Source of the DNA: Antedon mediterranea | Lineage: Eukaryota > Animalia > Echinodermata | Direction of reading: 5' to 3' | Length of the DNA: 64,000 bases | Assembly: GCF_964355755.1 (NCBI RefSeq) | Contig: NC_092675.1 | Coordinates: 13,139,812-13,203,811 of the forward strand | Part shown: piece after piece, positions 51,501-64,000 of the stretch | Numbering within the stretch: the stretch's first letter is position 1 | How the letters are laid out: the number at the start of each line of letters is the position of its first letter | Translations under genes and position numbers: made by a program | The notes under the pieces: generated by a model | Databases searched by the model: none | What the model was told of the DNA's origin: nothing | The model's input: only the letters and a program-made list of their open reading frames with translations

Positions 51501-54500
51501 AACATCAAAGAGCACAAAATAGCTTAATATCGTATTTAAAAACGTTTTAGACCATTTTGAGCATTTAGACAAAACTTTTTCACACAAAACACCAAAGTGC
51601 TTAGAATAGCTTCAAATCGCATTTGGAGACGTTTTAGACCAATTTGTGCATTTCGATGAAACTTGATTACACAAAAACATCAACGTGCTTAAAATCACAT
51701 TATAAACCGTTTTAGACCATTTTGAGAATTTCGATAACACTTTTCACACAAAAACATCAAAGAGCACAAAATAGCTTAATATCGTATTTAAAAACGTTTT
51801 AGACCATTTTGAGCATTTAGACAAAACTTTTTCACACAAAACACCAAAGTGCTTAGAATAGCTTCAAATCGCATTTGGAGACGTTTTAGACCATTTTGTG
51901 CATTTCGATGAAACTTGGTTACACAAAAACATCAAAGTGCTTAAAATCACATTATAAATCGTTTTAGACCATTTTGAGCATTTCGACAAAACTTTTTCAC
52001 ACAAAATACCAAAGGGCTTAGAATAGCTTCAAATCGCATTTGGAGACGTTTTAGACCATTTTGTGATTTTCGAAAAAACTTTTTAACATAAAAAGACCAA
52101 AGTGCTTAGAATAGCTTCAAATCACATTTGGAGACGTTTTAGACCATTTTGTGATTTTCGAAAAAACTTGTTAACATAAAAACACGAAAGTGCTTAGAAT
52201 AGCTTCAAATCGCATTTGGAAACGTTTTAGACCATTTTGTGATTTTCGAAAAAAATTGTTAACATAAAAACACCAAAGTGCTTAGAATCACATTATAAAC
52301 CGTTTTAGACCATTTTGAGCATTTCGATAACAATTTTCACACAAAAACATCAAAGAGCACAAAATAGCTTAATATCGTATTTAAAAATGTTTTAGACCAT
52401 TTTGAGCATTTAGATAAAACTTTTTCACACAAAACACCAAAGTGCTTAGAATAGCTTCAAATCGCATTTGGAGACGTTTTAGACCATTTTGTGATTTTTG
52501 AAAAAACTTGTTAACATAAAAACACCAAAGTGCTTAGAATAGCTTCAAATCACATTTGGAGACGTTTTAGACCATTTTGTGATTTTCGAAAAAACTTGTT
52601 AACATAAAAACACGAAAGTGCTTAGAATAGCTTCAAATCGCATTTGGAAACGTTTTAGACCATTTTGTGATTTTCGAAAAAACTTGTTAACATAAAAACA
52701 CGAAAGTGCTTAGAATAGCTTCAAATCGCATTTGGAAACGTTTTAGACCATTTTGTGATTTTCGAAAAAACTTGTTAACATAAAAACACGAAAGTGCTTA
52801 GAATAGCTTCAAATCGCATTTGGAAACGTTTTAGACCATTTTGTGATTTTCGAAAAAAAATTGTTAACATAAAAACACCAAAGTGTTTAGAATAGCTTCA
52901 AATCGCATTTGGAGACGTTTTAGACCAATTTGTGATTTTCGAAAAAACTTATCAACATAAAAACACCAAAGGGTTTAGAATAGCTTCAAATCGCATTTGG
53001 AGACGTTTTAGACCATTTTGTGATTTTGAAAAAACTTGTTAACATAAAAACACCAAAGTGCTTAGAATAGCTTCAAATCGCATTTGGAGACGTTTTAGAC
53101 CATTTTGTGATTTTCGAAAAAACTTGTTAACATAAAAACACCAAAGTGCTTAGAATAGCTTCAAATCGTATTTGGAGACGTTTTAGACCATTTTGAGATT
53201 TTCGAAAAAACTTGGTTACACAAAAACATCAAAGTGCTTAAAATCACATTATAAACCGTTTTAGACCATTTTGAGCATTTCGGTAACACTTTTCACACAA
53301 AAACATCAAAGAGCACAAAATAGCTTAATATCGTATTTAAAAACGTTTTAGACCATTTTGAGCCTTTAGACAAAACTTTTTCACACAAAACACCAAAGTG
53401 CTTAGAATAGCTTCAAATCGCATTTGGAGACGTTTTAGACCATTTTGTGCATTTCGATGAAACTTGGTTACACAAAAACATCAAAGTGCTTAAAATCACA
53501 TTATAAATCGTTTTAGACCATTTTGAGCATTTCGACAAAACTTTTTCACACAAAATACCAAAGTGCTTAGAATAGCTTCAAATCGCATTTGGAGACGTTT
53601 TAGACCATTTTGTGATTTTCGAAAAAACTTTTTAACATAAAAACACCAAAGTGCTTAGAATAGCTTCAAATCACATTTGGAGACGTTTTAGACCATAAGT
53701 GCTTAGAATCACATTATAAACCGTTTTAGACCATTTTGAGCATTTCGATAACAATTTTCACACAAAAACATCAAAGAGCACAAAATAGCTTAATATCGTA
53801 TTTAAAAATGTTTTAGACAATTTTGAGCATTTAGATAAAACTTTTTCACACAAAACACCAAAGTTCTTAGAATAGCTTCAAATCGCATTTGGAGACGTTT
53901 TAGACCATTTTGTGATTTTTGAAAAAACTTGTTAACATAAAAACACCAAAGTGCTTAGAATAGCTTCAAATCACATTTGGAGACGTTTTAGACCATTTTG
54001 TGATTTTCGAAAAAACTTGTTAACATAAAAACACGAAAGTGCTTAGAATAGCTTCAAATCGCATTTGGAAACGTTTTAGACCATTTAGTGATTTTCGAAA
54101 AAACTTGTTAACATAAAAACACGAAAGTGCTTAGAATAGCTTCAAATCGCATTTGGAAACGTTTTAGACCATTTTGTGATTTTCGAAAAAAATTGTTAAC
54201 ATAAAAACACCAAAGTGTTTAGAATAGCTTCAAATCGCATTTGGAGACGTTTTAGACCAATTTGTGATTTTCGAAAAAACTTATCAACATAAAAACACCA
54301 AAGGGTTTAGAATAGCTTCAAATCGCATTTGGAGACGTTTTAGACCATTTTGTGATTTTCGAAAAAACTTGTTAACATAAAAACACGAAAGTGCTTAGAA
54401 TAGCTTCAAATCGCATTTGGAAACGTTTTAGACCATTTTGTGATTTTCGAAAAAACTTGTTAACATAAAAACATGAAAGTGCTTAGAATAGCTTCAAATC

Positions 54501-54764
54501 GCATTTTGAGACGTTTTAGACCATTTTGTGCATTTCGATGAAACTTGGTTACACAAAAACATCAAAGTGCTTAAAATCACATTATAAACCATTTTAGACC
54601 ATTTTGAGCATTTCGATAACACTTTTCACACAAAAACATCAAAGAGCACAAAATAGCTTAATATCGTATTTAAAAACGTTTTAGACCATTTTGAGCATTT
54701 CGACAAAACTTTTTCACACAAAACACCAAAGTGCTTAGAATAGCTTCAAATCGCATTTGGAGAC

Positions 54765-55447
54765 GTTTTAGACCATTTTGTGATTTTCGAAAAAACTTGT
54801 TAACATAAAAACATCAAAGTGTACAGAATAACTTCAAATCGCATTTGGAGAACGTTTTAGGCCAATTTGTGATTTTCGAAAAAACTTGTTAACCTAAAAA
54901 TACCAAAGTGTTTAGAATAGCTTCAAATCGCATTTGGAGACGTTTTAGAACATTTTGTGATTTTCGAAAAAACTTGTTAACATAAAAACACCAAAGTGCT
55001 TCAAATCGCATTTGGAGACATTTTAGACCAATTTGTGATTTTTGAAAAAACTTGTTAACATAAAAACACCAAAGTGCTTACAATAGCTTCAAATCGTATT
55101 TGGAGACGTTTTAGACCATTTTGTGATTTTCGAAAAAACTTGTTAACATAAAAACACCAAAGTACTTAGAATAGCTTCAAATCGCATTTGGAGACGTTTT
55201 AGACCATTTTATGCATTTCGATGAAACTTGGTTACACAAAAACATCAAAGTGCTTAAAATCACATTATAATCCGTTTTAGACCATTTTGAGCATTTCGAT
55301 AACACTTTTCACACAAAAACATCAAAGAGCACAAAATAGCTTAATATCGTATTTAAAAACTTTTTAGACCATTTTGAGCATTTCGACAAAACTTTTTCAC
55401 ACAAAACACCAAAGTGCTTAGAATAGCTTCAAATCGCATTTGGAGAC
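54765..55447. repeat. Diverged 8-mer sub-family HOR, one 683-bp copy
   Basis: gtgtacagaataac, gttttaggcc (54854), the 10-bp deletion monomer, aagtactt and tataatcc occur in the same order. Confidence 0.88.
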
Positions 55448-58400
55448 GTTTTAGACCATTTTGTGATTTTCGAAAAAAATTGTTAACATAAAAACACGAA
55501 AGTGCTTAGAATAGCTTCAAATCGCATTTGGAAACGTTTTAGACCATTTTGTGATTTTCGAAAAAAATTGTTAACATAAAAACACCAAAGTGTTTAGAAT
55601 AGCTTCAAATCGCATTTGGAGACGTTTTAGACCAATTTGTGATTTTCGAAAAAACTTATCAACATAAAAACACCAAAGGGTTTAGAATAGCTTCAAATCG
55701 CATTTGGAGACGTTTTAGACCATTTTGTGATTTTGAAAAAACTTGTTAACATAAAAACACCAAAGTGCTTAGAATAGCTTCAAATCGCATTTGGAGACGT
55801 TTTAGACCATTTTGTGATTTTCGAAAAAACTTGTTAACATAAAAACACCAAAGTGCTTAGAATAGCTTCAAATCGTATTTGGAGACGTTTTAGACCATTT
55901 TGAGATTTTCGAAAAAAATTGGTTACACAAAAACATCAAAGTGCTTAAAATCACATTATAAACCGTTTTAGACCATTTTTAGCATTTCGGTAACACTTTT
56001 CACACAAAAACATCAAAGAGCACAAAATAGCTTAATATCGTATTTAAAAACGTTTTAGACCATTTTGAGCATTTAGACAAAACTTTTTCACACAAAACAC
56101 CAAAGTGCTTAGAATAGCTTCAAATCGCATTTGGAGACGTTTTAGACCATTTTGTGCATTTCGATGAAACTTGGTTACACAAAAACATCAAAGTGCTTAA
56201 AATCACCTTATAAATCGTTTTAGACCATTTTGAGCATTTCGACAAAACTTTTTCACACAAAATACCAAAGTGCTTAGAATAGCTTCAAATCGCATTTGGA
56301 GACGTTTTAGACCATTTTGTGATTTTCGAAAAAACTTTTTAACATAAAAACACCAAAGTGCTTAGAATAGCTTCAAATCACATTTGGAGACGTTTTAGAC
56401 CATAAGTGCTTAGAATCACATTATAAACCGTTTTAGACCATTTTGAGCATTTCGATAACAATTTTCACACAAAAACATCAAAGAGCACAAAATAGCTTAA
56501 TATCGTATTTAAAAATGTTTTAGACCATTTTGAGCATTTAGATAAAACTTTTTCACACAAAACACCAAAGTGCTTAGAATAGCTTCAAATCGCATTTGGA
56601 GACGTTTTAGACCATTTTGTGATTTTTGAAAAAACTTGTTAACATAAAAACACCAAAGTGCTTAGAATAGCTTCAAATCACATTTGGAGATGTTTTAGAC
56701 CATTTTGTGATTTTTGAAAAAACTTGTTAACATAAAAACACGAAAGTGCTTAGAATAGCTTCAAATCACATTTGGAGACGTTGTAGACCATTTTGTGATT
56801 TTTGAAAAAACTTGTTAACATAAAAACACGAAAGTGCTTAGAATAGCTTCAAATCGCATTTGGAAACGTTTTAGACCATTTTGTGATTTTCGAAAAAGAT
56901 TGTTAACATAAAAACACCAATGTGCTTAGAATCACAATATAAACCGTTTTAGACCATTTTGAGCATTTCGATAACAATTTTCACACAAAAACATCAAAGA
57001 GCACAAAATAGCTTAATATTGTATTTATAAATGTTTTAGACCATTTTGAGCATTTCGACAAAACTTTTTCACACAAAACACCAAAGTGCTTAGAATAGCT
57101 TCAAATCGCATTTGGAGACGTTTTTTATACCATTTTGTGATTTCGATGAAACTTGATTACACAAAAACATCAAAGTGCTTAAAATCACATTATAAACCGT
57201 TTTAGACCATTTTGAGCATTTCGATAACACTTTTCACACAAAAACATCAAAGAGCACAAAATAGCTTAATATCGTATTTAAAAACGTTTTAGACCATTTT
57301 GAGCATTTAGACAAAACTTTTTCACACAAAACACCAAAGTGCTTAGAATAGCTTCAAATCGCATTTGGAGACGTTTTAGAACATTTTGTGCATTTCGATG
57401 AAACTTGGTTACACAAAAACATCAAAGTGCTTAAAATCACATTATAAATCGTTTTAGACCATTTTGAGCATTTCGACAAAACTTTTTCACACAAAATACC
57501 AAAGTGCTTAGAATAGCTTCAAATCGCATTTGGAGACGTTTTAGACCATTTTGTGATTTTCGAAAAAACTTTTTAACATAAAAACACCAAAGTGCTTAGA
57601 ATAGCTTCAAATCACATTTGGAGACATTTTAGACCATTTTGTGATTTTCGAAAAAACTTGTTAACATAAAAACACGAAAGTGCTTAGAATAGCTTCAAAT
57701 CGCATTTGGAAACGTTTTAGACCATTTTGTGATTTTCGAAAAAAATTGTTAACATAAAAACACCAAAGTGCTTAGAATCACATTATAAACCGTTTTAGAC
57801 CATTTTGAGCATTTCGATAACAATTTTCACACAAAAACATCAAAGAGCACAAAATAGCTTAATATCGTATTTAAAAATGTTTTAGACCATTTTGAGCATT
57901 TAGATAAAACTTTTTCACACAAAACACCAAAGTGCTTAGAATAGCTTCAAATCGCATTTGGAGACGTTTTAGACCATTTTGTGATTTTTGAAAAAACTTG
58001 TTAACATAAAAACACCAAAGTGCTTAGAATAGCTTCAAATCACATTTGGAGACGTTTTAGACCATTTTGTGATTTTCGAAAAAACTTGTTAACATAAAAA
58101 CACGAAAGTGCTTAGAATAGCTTCAAATCGCATTTGGAAACGTTTTAGACCATTTTGTGATTTTCGAAAAAACTTGTTAACATAAAAACACGAAAGTGCT
58201 TAGAATAGCTTCAAATCGCATTTGGAAACGTTTTAGACCATTTTGTGATTTTCGAAAAAAATTGTTAACATAAAAACACCAAAGTGTTTAGAATAGCTTC
58301 AAATCGCATTTGGAGACGTTTTAGACCAATTTGTGATTTTCGAAAAAACTTATCAACATAAAAACACCAAAGGGTTTAGAATAGCTTCAAATCGCATTTG

Positions 58401-59514
58401 GAGACGTTTTAGACCATTTTGTGATTTTGAAAAAACTTGTTAACATAAAAACACCAAAGTGCTTAGAATAGCTTCAAATCGCATTTGGAGACGTTTTAGA
58501 CCATTTTGTGATTTTCGAAAAAACTTGTTAACATAAAAACACCAAAGTGCTTAGAATAGCTTCAAATCGTATTTGGAGACGTTTTAGACCATTTTGAGAT
58601 TTTCGAAAAAACTTGGTTACACAAAAACATCAAAGTGCTTAAAATCACATTATAAACCGTTTTAGACCATTTTGAGCATTTCGATAACACTTTTCACACA
58701 AAAACATCAAAGAGCACAAAATAGCTTAATATCGTATTTAAAAACGTTTTAGACCATTTTGAGCATTTCGACAAAACTTTTTCACACAAAACACCAAAGT
58801 GCTTAGAATAGCTTCAAATCGCATTTGGAGACGTTTTAGACCAATTTGTGCATTTTGATGAAACTTGATTACACAAAAACATCAAAGTGCTTAAAATCAC
58901 ATTATAAACCGTTTTAGACCATTTTGAGCATTTCGATAACACTTTTCACACAAAAACATCAAAGAGCACAAAATAGCTTAATATCGTATTTAAAAACGTT
59001 TTAGACCATTTTGAGCATTTAGACAAAACTTTTTCACACAAAACACCAAAGTGCTTAGAATAGCTTCAAATCGCATTTGGAGACGTTTTAGAACATTTTG
59101 TGTTTTTCGAAAAAAACTGTTAACATAAAAACACCAAAGTGCTTAGAATAGCTTCAAATCGCATTTGGAGACGTTTTAGAACATTTTGTGTTCTTCGAAA
59201 AAACCTGTTAACATAAAAACACCAAAGTGCTTAGAATAGCTTCAAATCGCATTTGGAGACGTTTTAGACCATTTTGTGATTTTTGAAAAAACTTGTTAAC
59301 ATAAAAACACCAAAGTGCTTAGAATAGCTTCAAATCACATTTGGAGACGTTTTAGACCATTTTGTGATTTTCGAAAAAACTTGTTAACATAAAAACACGA
59401 AAGTGCTTAGAATAGCTTCAAATCGCATTTGGAAACGTTTTAGACCATTTTGTGATTTTCGAAAAAGATTGTTAACATAAAAACACCAAAGTGCTTAGAA
59501 TCACAATATAAACC

Positions 59515-60870
59515 GTTTTAGACCATTTTGAGCATTTCGATAACAATTTTCACACAAAAACATCAAAGAGCACAAAATAGCTTAATATCGTATTTAAAAA
59601 TGTTTTAGACCATTTTGAGCATTTAGATAAAATTTTTCACACAAAACACCAAAGTGCTTAGAATAGCTTCAAATCGCATTTGAAGACGGTTTAGACCATT
59701 TTGTGATTTTGAAAAAACTTGTTAACATAAAAACACCAAAGTGCTAAGAATAGCTTCAAATCGCATTTGGAGACGTTTTAGACCATTTTGTGATTTTCGA
59801 AAAAACTTGTTAACATAAAAACACCAAAGTGCTTAGAATAGCTTCAAATCGTATTTGGAGACGTTTTAGACCATTTTGAGATTTTCGAAAAAACTTGGTT
59901 ACACAAAAACATCAAAGTGCTTAAAATCACATTATAAACCGTTTTAGACCATTTTGAACATTTCGATAACACTTTTCACACAAAAACATCAAAGAGCACA
60001 AAATAGCTTAATATCGTATTTAAAAACGTTTTAGACCATTTTAAGCATTTCGACAAAACTTCTTCACACAAAACACCAAAGTGCTTAGAATAGCTTCAAA
60101 TCGCATTTGGAGACGTTTTAGACCAATTTGTGCATTTCGATGAAACTTGATTACACAAAAACATCAACGTGCTTAAAATCACATTATAAACCGTTTTAGA
60201 CCATTTTGAGCATTTCGATAACAATTTTCACACAAAAACATCAAAGAGCACAAAATAGCTTAATATCGTATTTAAAAATGTTTTAGACCATTTTGAGCAT
60301 TTAGATAAAATTTTTCACACAAAACACCAAAGTGCTTAGAATAGCTTCAAATCGCATTTGAAGACGGTTTAGACCATTTTGTGATTTTGAAAAAACTTGT
60401 TAACATAAAAACACCAAAGTGCTAAGAATAGCTTCAAATCGCATTTGGAGACGTTTTAGACCATTTTGTGATTTTCGAAAAAACTTGTTAACATAAAAAC
60501 ACCAAAGTGCTTAGAATAGCTTCAAATCGTATTTGGAGACGTTTTAGACCATTTTGAGATTTTCGAAAAAACTTGGTTACACAAAAACATCAAAGTGCTT
60601 AAAATCACATTATAAACCGTTTTAGACCATTTTGAACATTTCGATAACACTTTTCACACAAAAACATCAAAGAGCACAAAATAGCTTAATATCGTATTTA
60701 AAAACGTTTTAGACCATTTTAAGCATTTCGACAAAACTTTTTCACACAAAACACCAAAGTGCTTAGAATAGCTTCAAATCGCATTTGGAGACGTTTTAGA
60801 CCAATTTGTGCATTTCGATGAAACTTGATTACACAAAAACATCAAAGTTCTTAAAATCACATTATAAACC
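59515..60870. repeat. Tandem duplication of a 678-bp 8-mer
   Basis: Unit starts at 59515 and 60193; markers tgaagacggttt (59682, 60360), gtgctaagaat and ttttaagc are each duplicated. Confidence 0.9.
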
Positions 60871-63800
60871 GTTTTAGACCATTTTGAGCATTTCGATAAC
60901 ACTTTTCACACAAAAACATCAAAGAGCACAAAATAGCTTAATATCGTATTTAAAAACGTTTTAGACCATTTTGAGCATTTAGACAAAACTTTTTCACACA
61001 AAACACCAAAGTGCTTAGAATAGCTTCAAATCGCATTTGGAGACGTTTTAGACCATTTTGTGCATTTCGATGAAACTTGGTTACACAAAAACATCAAAGT
61101 GCTTAAAATCACATTATAAATCGTTTTAGACCATTTTGAGCATTTCGACAAAACTTTTTCACACAAAATACCAAAGTGCTTAGAATAGCTTCAAATCGCA
61201 TTTGGAGACGTTTTAGACCATTTTGTGATTTTCGAAAAAACTTTTTAACATAAAAACACCAAAGTGCTTAGAATAGCTTCAAATCACATTTGGAGACATT
61301 TTAGACCATTTTGTGATTTTCGAAAAAACTTGTTAACATAAAAACACGAAAGTGCTTAGAATAGCTTCAAATCGCATTTGGAAACGTTTTAGACCATTTT
61401 GTGATTTTCGAAAAAAATTGTTAACATAAAAACACCAAAGTGCTTAGAATCACATTATAAACCGTTTTAGACCATTTTGAGCATTTCGATAACAATTTTC
61501 ACACAAAAACATCAAAGAGCACAAAATAGCTTAATATCGTATTTAAAAATGTTTTAGACCATTTTGAGCATTTAGATAAAACTTTTTCACACAAAACACC
61601 AAAGTGCTTAGAATAGCTTCAAATCGCATTTGGAGACGTTTTAGACCATTTTGTGATTTTTGAAAAAACTTGTTAACATAAAAACACCAAAGTGCTTAGA
61701 ATAGCTTCAAATCACATTTGGAGACGTTTTAGACCATTTTGTGATTTTCGAAAAAACTTGTTAACATAAAAACACGAAAGTGCTTAGAATAGCTTCAAAT
61801 CGCATTTGGAAACGTTTTAGACCATTTTGTGATTTTCGAAAAAACTTGTTAACATAAAAACACGAAAGTGCTTAGAATAGCTTCAAATCGCATTTGGAAA
61901 CGTTTTAGACCATTTTGTGATTTTCGAAAAAACTTGTTAACATAAAAACACGAAAGTGCTTAGAATAGCTTCAAATCGCATTTGGAAACGTTTTAGACCA
62001 TTTTGTGATTTTCGAAAAAAAATTGTTAACATAAAAACACCAAAGTGTTTAGAATAGCTTCAAATCGCATTTGGAGACGTTTTAGACCAATTTGTGATTT
62101 TCGAAAAAACTTATCAACATAAAAACACCAAAGGGTTTAGAATAGCTTCAAATCGCATTTGGAGACGTTTTAGACCATTTTGTGATTTTGAAAAAACTTG
62201 TTAACATAAAAACACCAAAGTGCTTAGAATAGCTTCAAATCGCATTTGGAGACGTTTTAGACCATTTTGTGATTTTCGAAAAAACTTGTTAACATAAAAA
62301 CACCAAAGTGCTTAGAATAGCTTCAAATCGTATTTGGAGACGTTTTAGACCATTTTGAGATTTTCGAAAAAACTTGGTTACACAAAAACATCAAAGTGCT
62401 TAAAATCACATTATAAACCGTTTTAGACCATTTTGAGCATTTCGGTAACACTTTTCACACAAAAACATCAAAGAGCACAAAATAGCTTAATATCGTATTT
62501 AAAAACGTTTTAGACCATTTTGAGCCTTTAGACAAAACTTTTTCACACAAAACACCAAAGTGCTTAGAATAGCTTCAAATCGCATTTGGAGACGTTTTAG
62601 ACCATTTTGTGCATTTCGATGAAACTTGGTTACACAAAAACATCAAAGTGCTTAAAATCACATTATAAATCGTTTTAGACCATTTTGAGCATTTCGACAA
62701 AACTTTTTCACACAAAATACCAAAGTGCTTAGAATAGCTTCAAATCGCATTTGGAGACGTTTTAGACCATTTTGTGATTTTCGAAAAAACTTTTTAACAT
62801 AAAAACACCAAAGTGCTTAGAATAGCTTCAAATCACATTTGGAGACGTTTTAGACCATAAGTGCTTAGAATCACATTATAAACCGTTTTAGACCATTTTG
62901 AGCATTTCGATAACAATTTTCACACAAAAACATCAAAGAGCACAAAATAGCTTAATATCGTATTTAAAAATGTTTTAGACCATTTTGAGCATTTAGATAA
63001 AACTTTTTCACACAAAACACCAAAGTGCTTAGAATAGCTTCAAATCGCATTTGGAGACGTTTTAGACCATTTTGTGATTTTTGAAAAAACTTGTTAACAT
63101 AAAAACACCAAAGTGCTTAGAATAGCTTCAAATCACATTTGGAGACGTTTTAGACCATTTTGTGATTTTCGAAAAAACTTGTTAACATAAAAACACGAAA
63201 GTGCTTAGAATAGCTTCAAATCGCATTTGGAAACGTTTTAGACCATTTAGTGATTTTCGAAAAAACTTGTTAACATAAAAACACGAAAGTGCTTAGAATA
63301 GCTTCAAATCGCATTTGGAAACGTTTTAGACCATTTTGTGATTTTCGAAAAAAATTGTTAACATAAAAACACCAAAGTGTTTAGAATAGCTTCAAATCGC
63401 ATTTGGAGACGTTTTAGACCAATTTGTGATTTTCGAAAAAACTTATCAACATAAAAACACGAAAGTGCTTAGAATAGCTTCAAATCGCATTTGGAAACGT
63501 TTTAGACCATTTTGTGATTTTCGAAAAAACTTGTTAACATAAAAACATAAAAGTGCTTAGAATAGCTTCAAATCGTATTTGGAGACGTTTTAGACCATTT
63601 TGAGATTTTCGAAAAAAACTGTTAACATAAAAACACCAAAGTGCTTAGAATAGCTTCAAATCGCATTTGGAGATGTTTTAGAACATTTTGTGTTCTTCGA
63701 AAAAACCTGTTAACATAAAAACACCAAAGTGCTTAGAATAGCTTCAAATCGCATTTGGAGACGTTTTAGACCATTTTGTGATTTTTGAAAAAACTTGTTA

Positions 63801-64000
63801 ACATAAAAACACCAAAGTGCTTAGAATAGCTTCAAATCACATTTGGAGACGTTTTAGACCATTTTGTGATTTTCGAAAAAACTTGTTAACATAAAAACAC
63901 GAAAGTGGTTAGAATAGCTTCAAATCGCATTTGGAAACGTTTTAGACCATTTTGTGATTTTCGAAAAAGATTGTTAACATAAAAACACCAAAGTGCTTAG

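Larger units (their letters stand above)
1..64000. repeat. Satellite DNA array, 88-bp monomer family with variable higher-order structure (putative centromeric/heterochromatic)
   Basis: GTTTTAGACC recurs head-to-tail every 78-89 bp from the first to the last base (e.g. starts at 181, 269, 347, 434, 521, 599, 686, 774). No unique sequence or orientation switch seen; the array runs off both window ends. The centromeric role is inference only. Confidence 0.99.

Noticed and set aside
1-64000. Transposon, rDNA spacer, tRNA/5S array or repeat-protein gene
   Set aside because: No terminal repeats, unique sequence, RNA-gene motifs or long ORFs. Unit lengths of 88, 89 and 38 bp break frame and stops are frequent. 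Origin from a TE-internal repeat cannot be excluded without the flanks.

Overview
The whole 64 kb is one uninterrupted, single-orientation, AT-rich tandem satellite array (consensus monomer about 32% GC), most likely eukaryotic centromeric or heterochromatic DNA. I cannot assign the organism or a named family. Every unit starts with GTTTTAGACCATTTTG. The basic monomer (A) is 88 bp, with diverged relatives of 78 bp (B/E), 87 bp (C), 87 bp (D) and a 38-bp deletion remnant, roughly 750 monomers in total. They follow a nearly fixed order: a 252-bp B/E-C-D trimer plus variable runs of A. This builds variable higher-order repeats (HORs) of about 0.5-1.8 kb. Superimposed on these are local tandem duplications (514, 678, 682-683, 1396 bp), longer duplications at ~5, ~9, ~22 and ~53 kb offsets, and a diverged 8-mer sub-family. 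I found no credible gene, RNA gene, transposon or CRISPR array; both listed ORFs are accidents of single mutations in the repeat. I found no new protein-based system. The interest lies in the repeat's architecture: modular half-monomers, a 10-bp internal periodicity with 10/20-bp deletions, dyad symmetries, CpG decay and a loose ~9-kb super-period. All counts and offsets were obtained by eye and should be recomputed.
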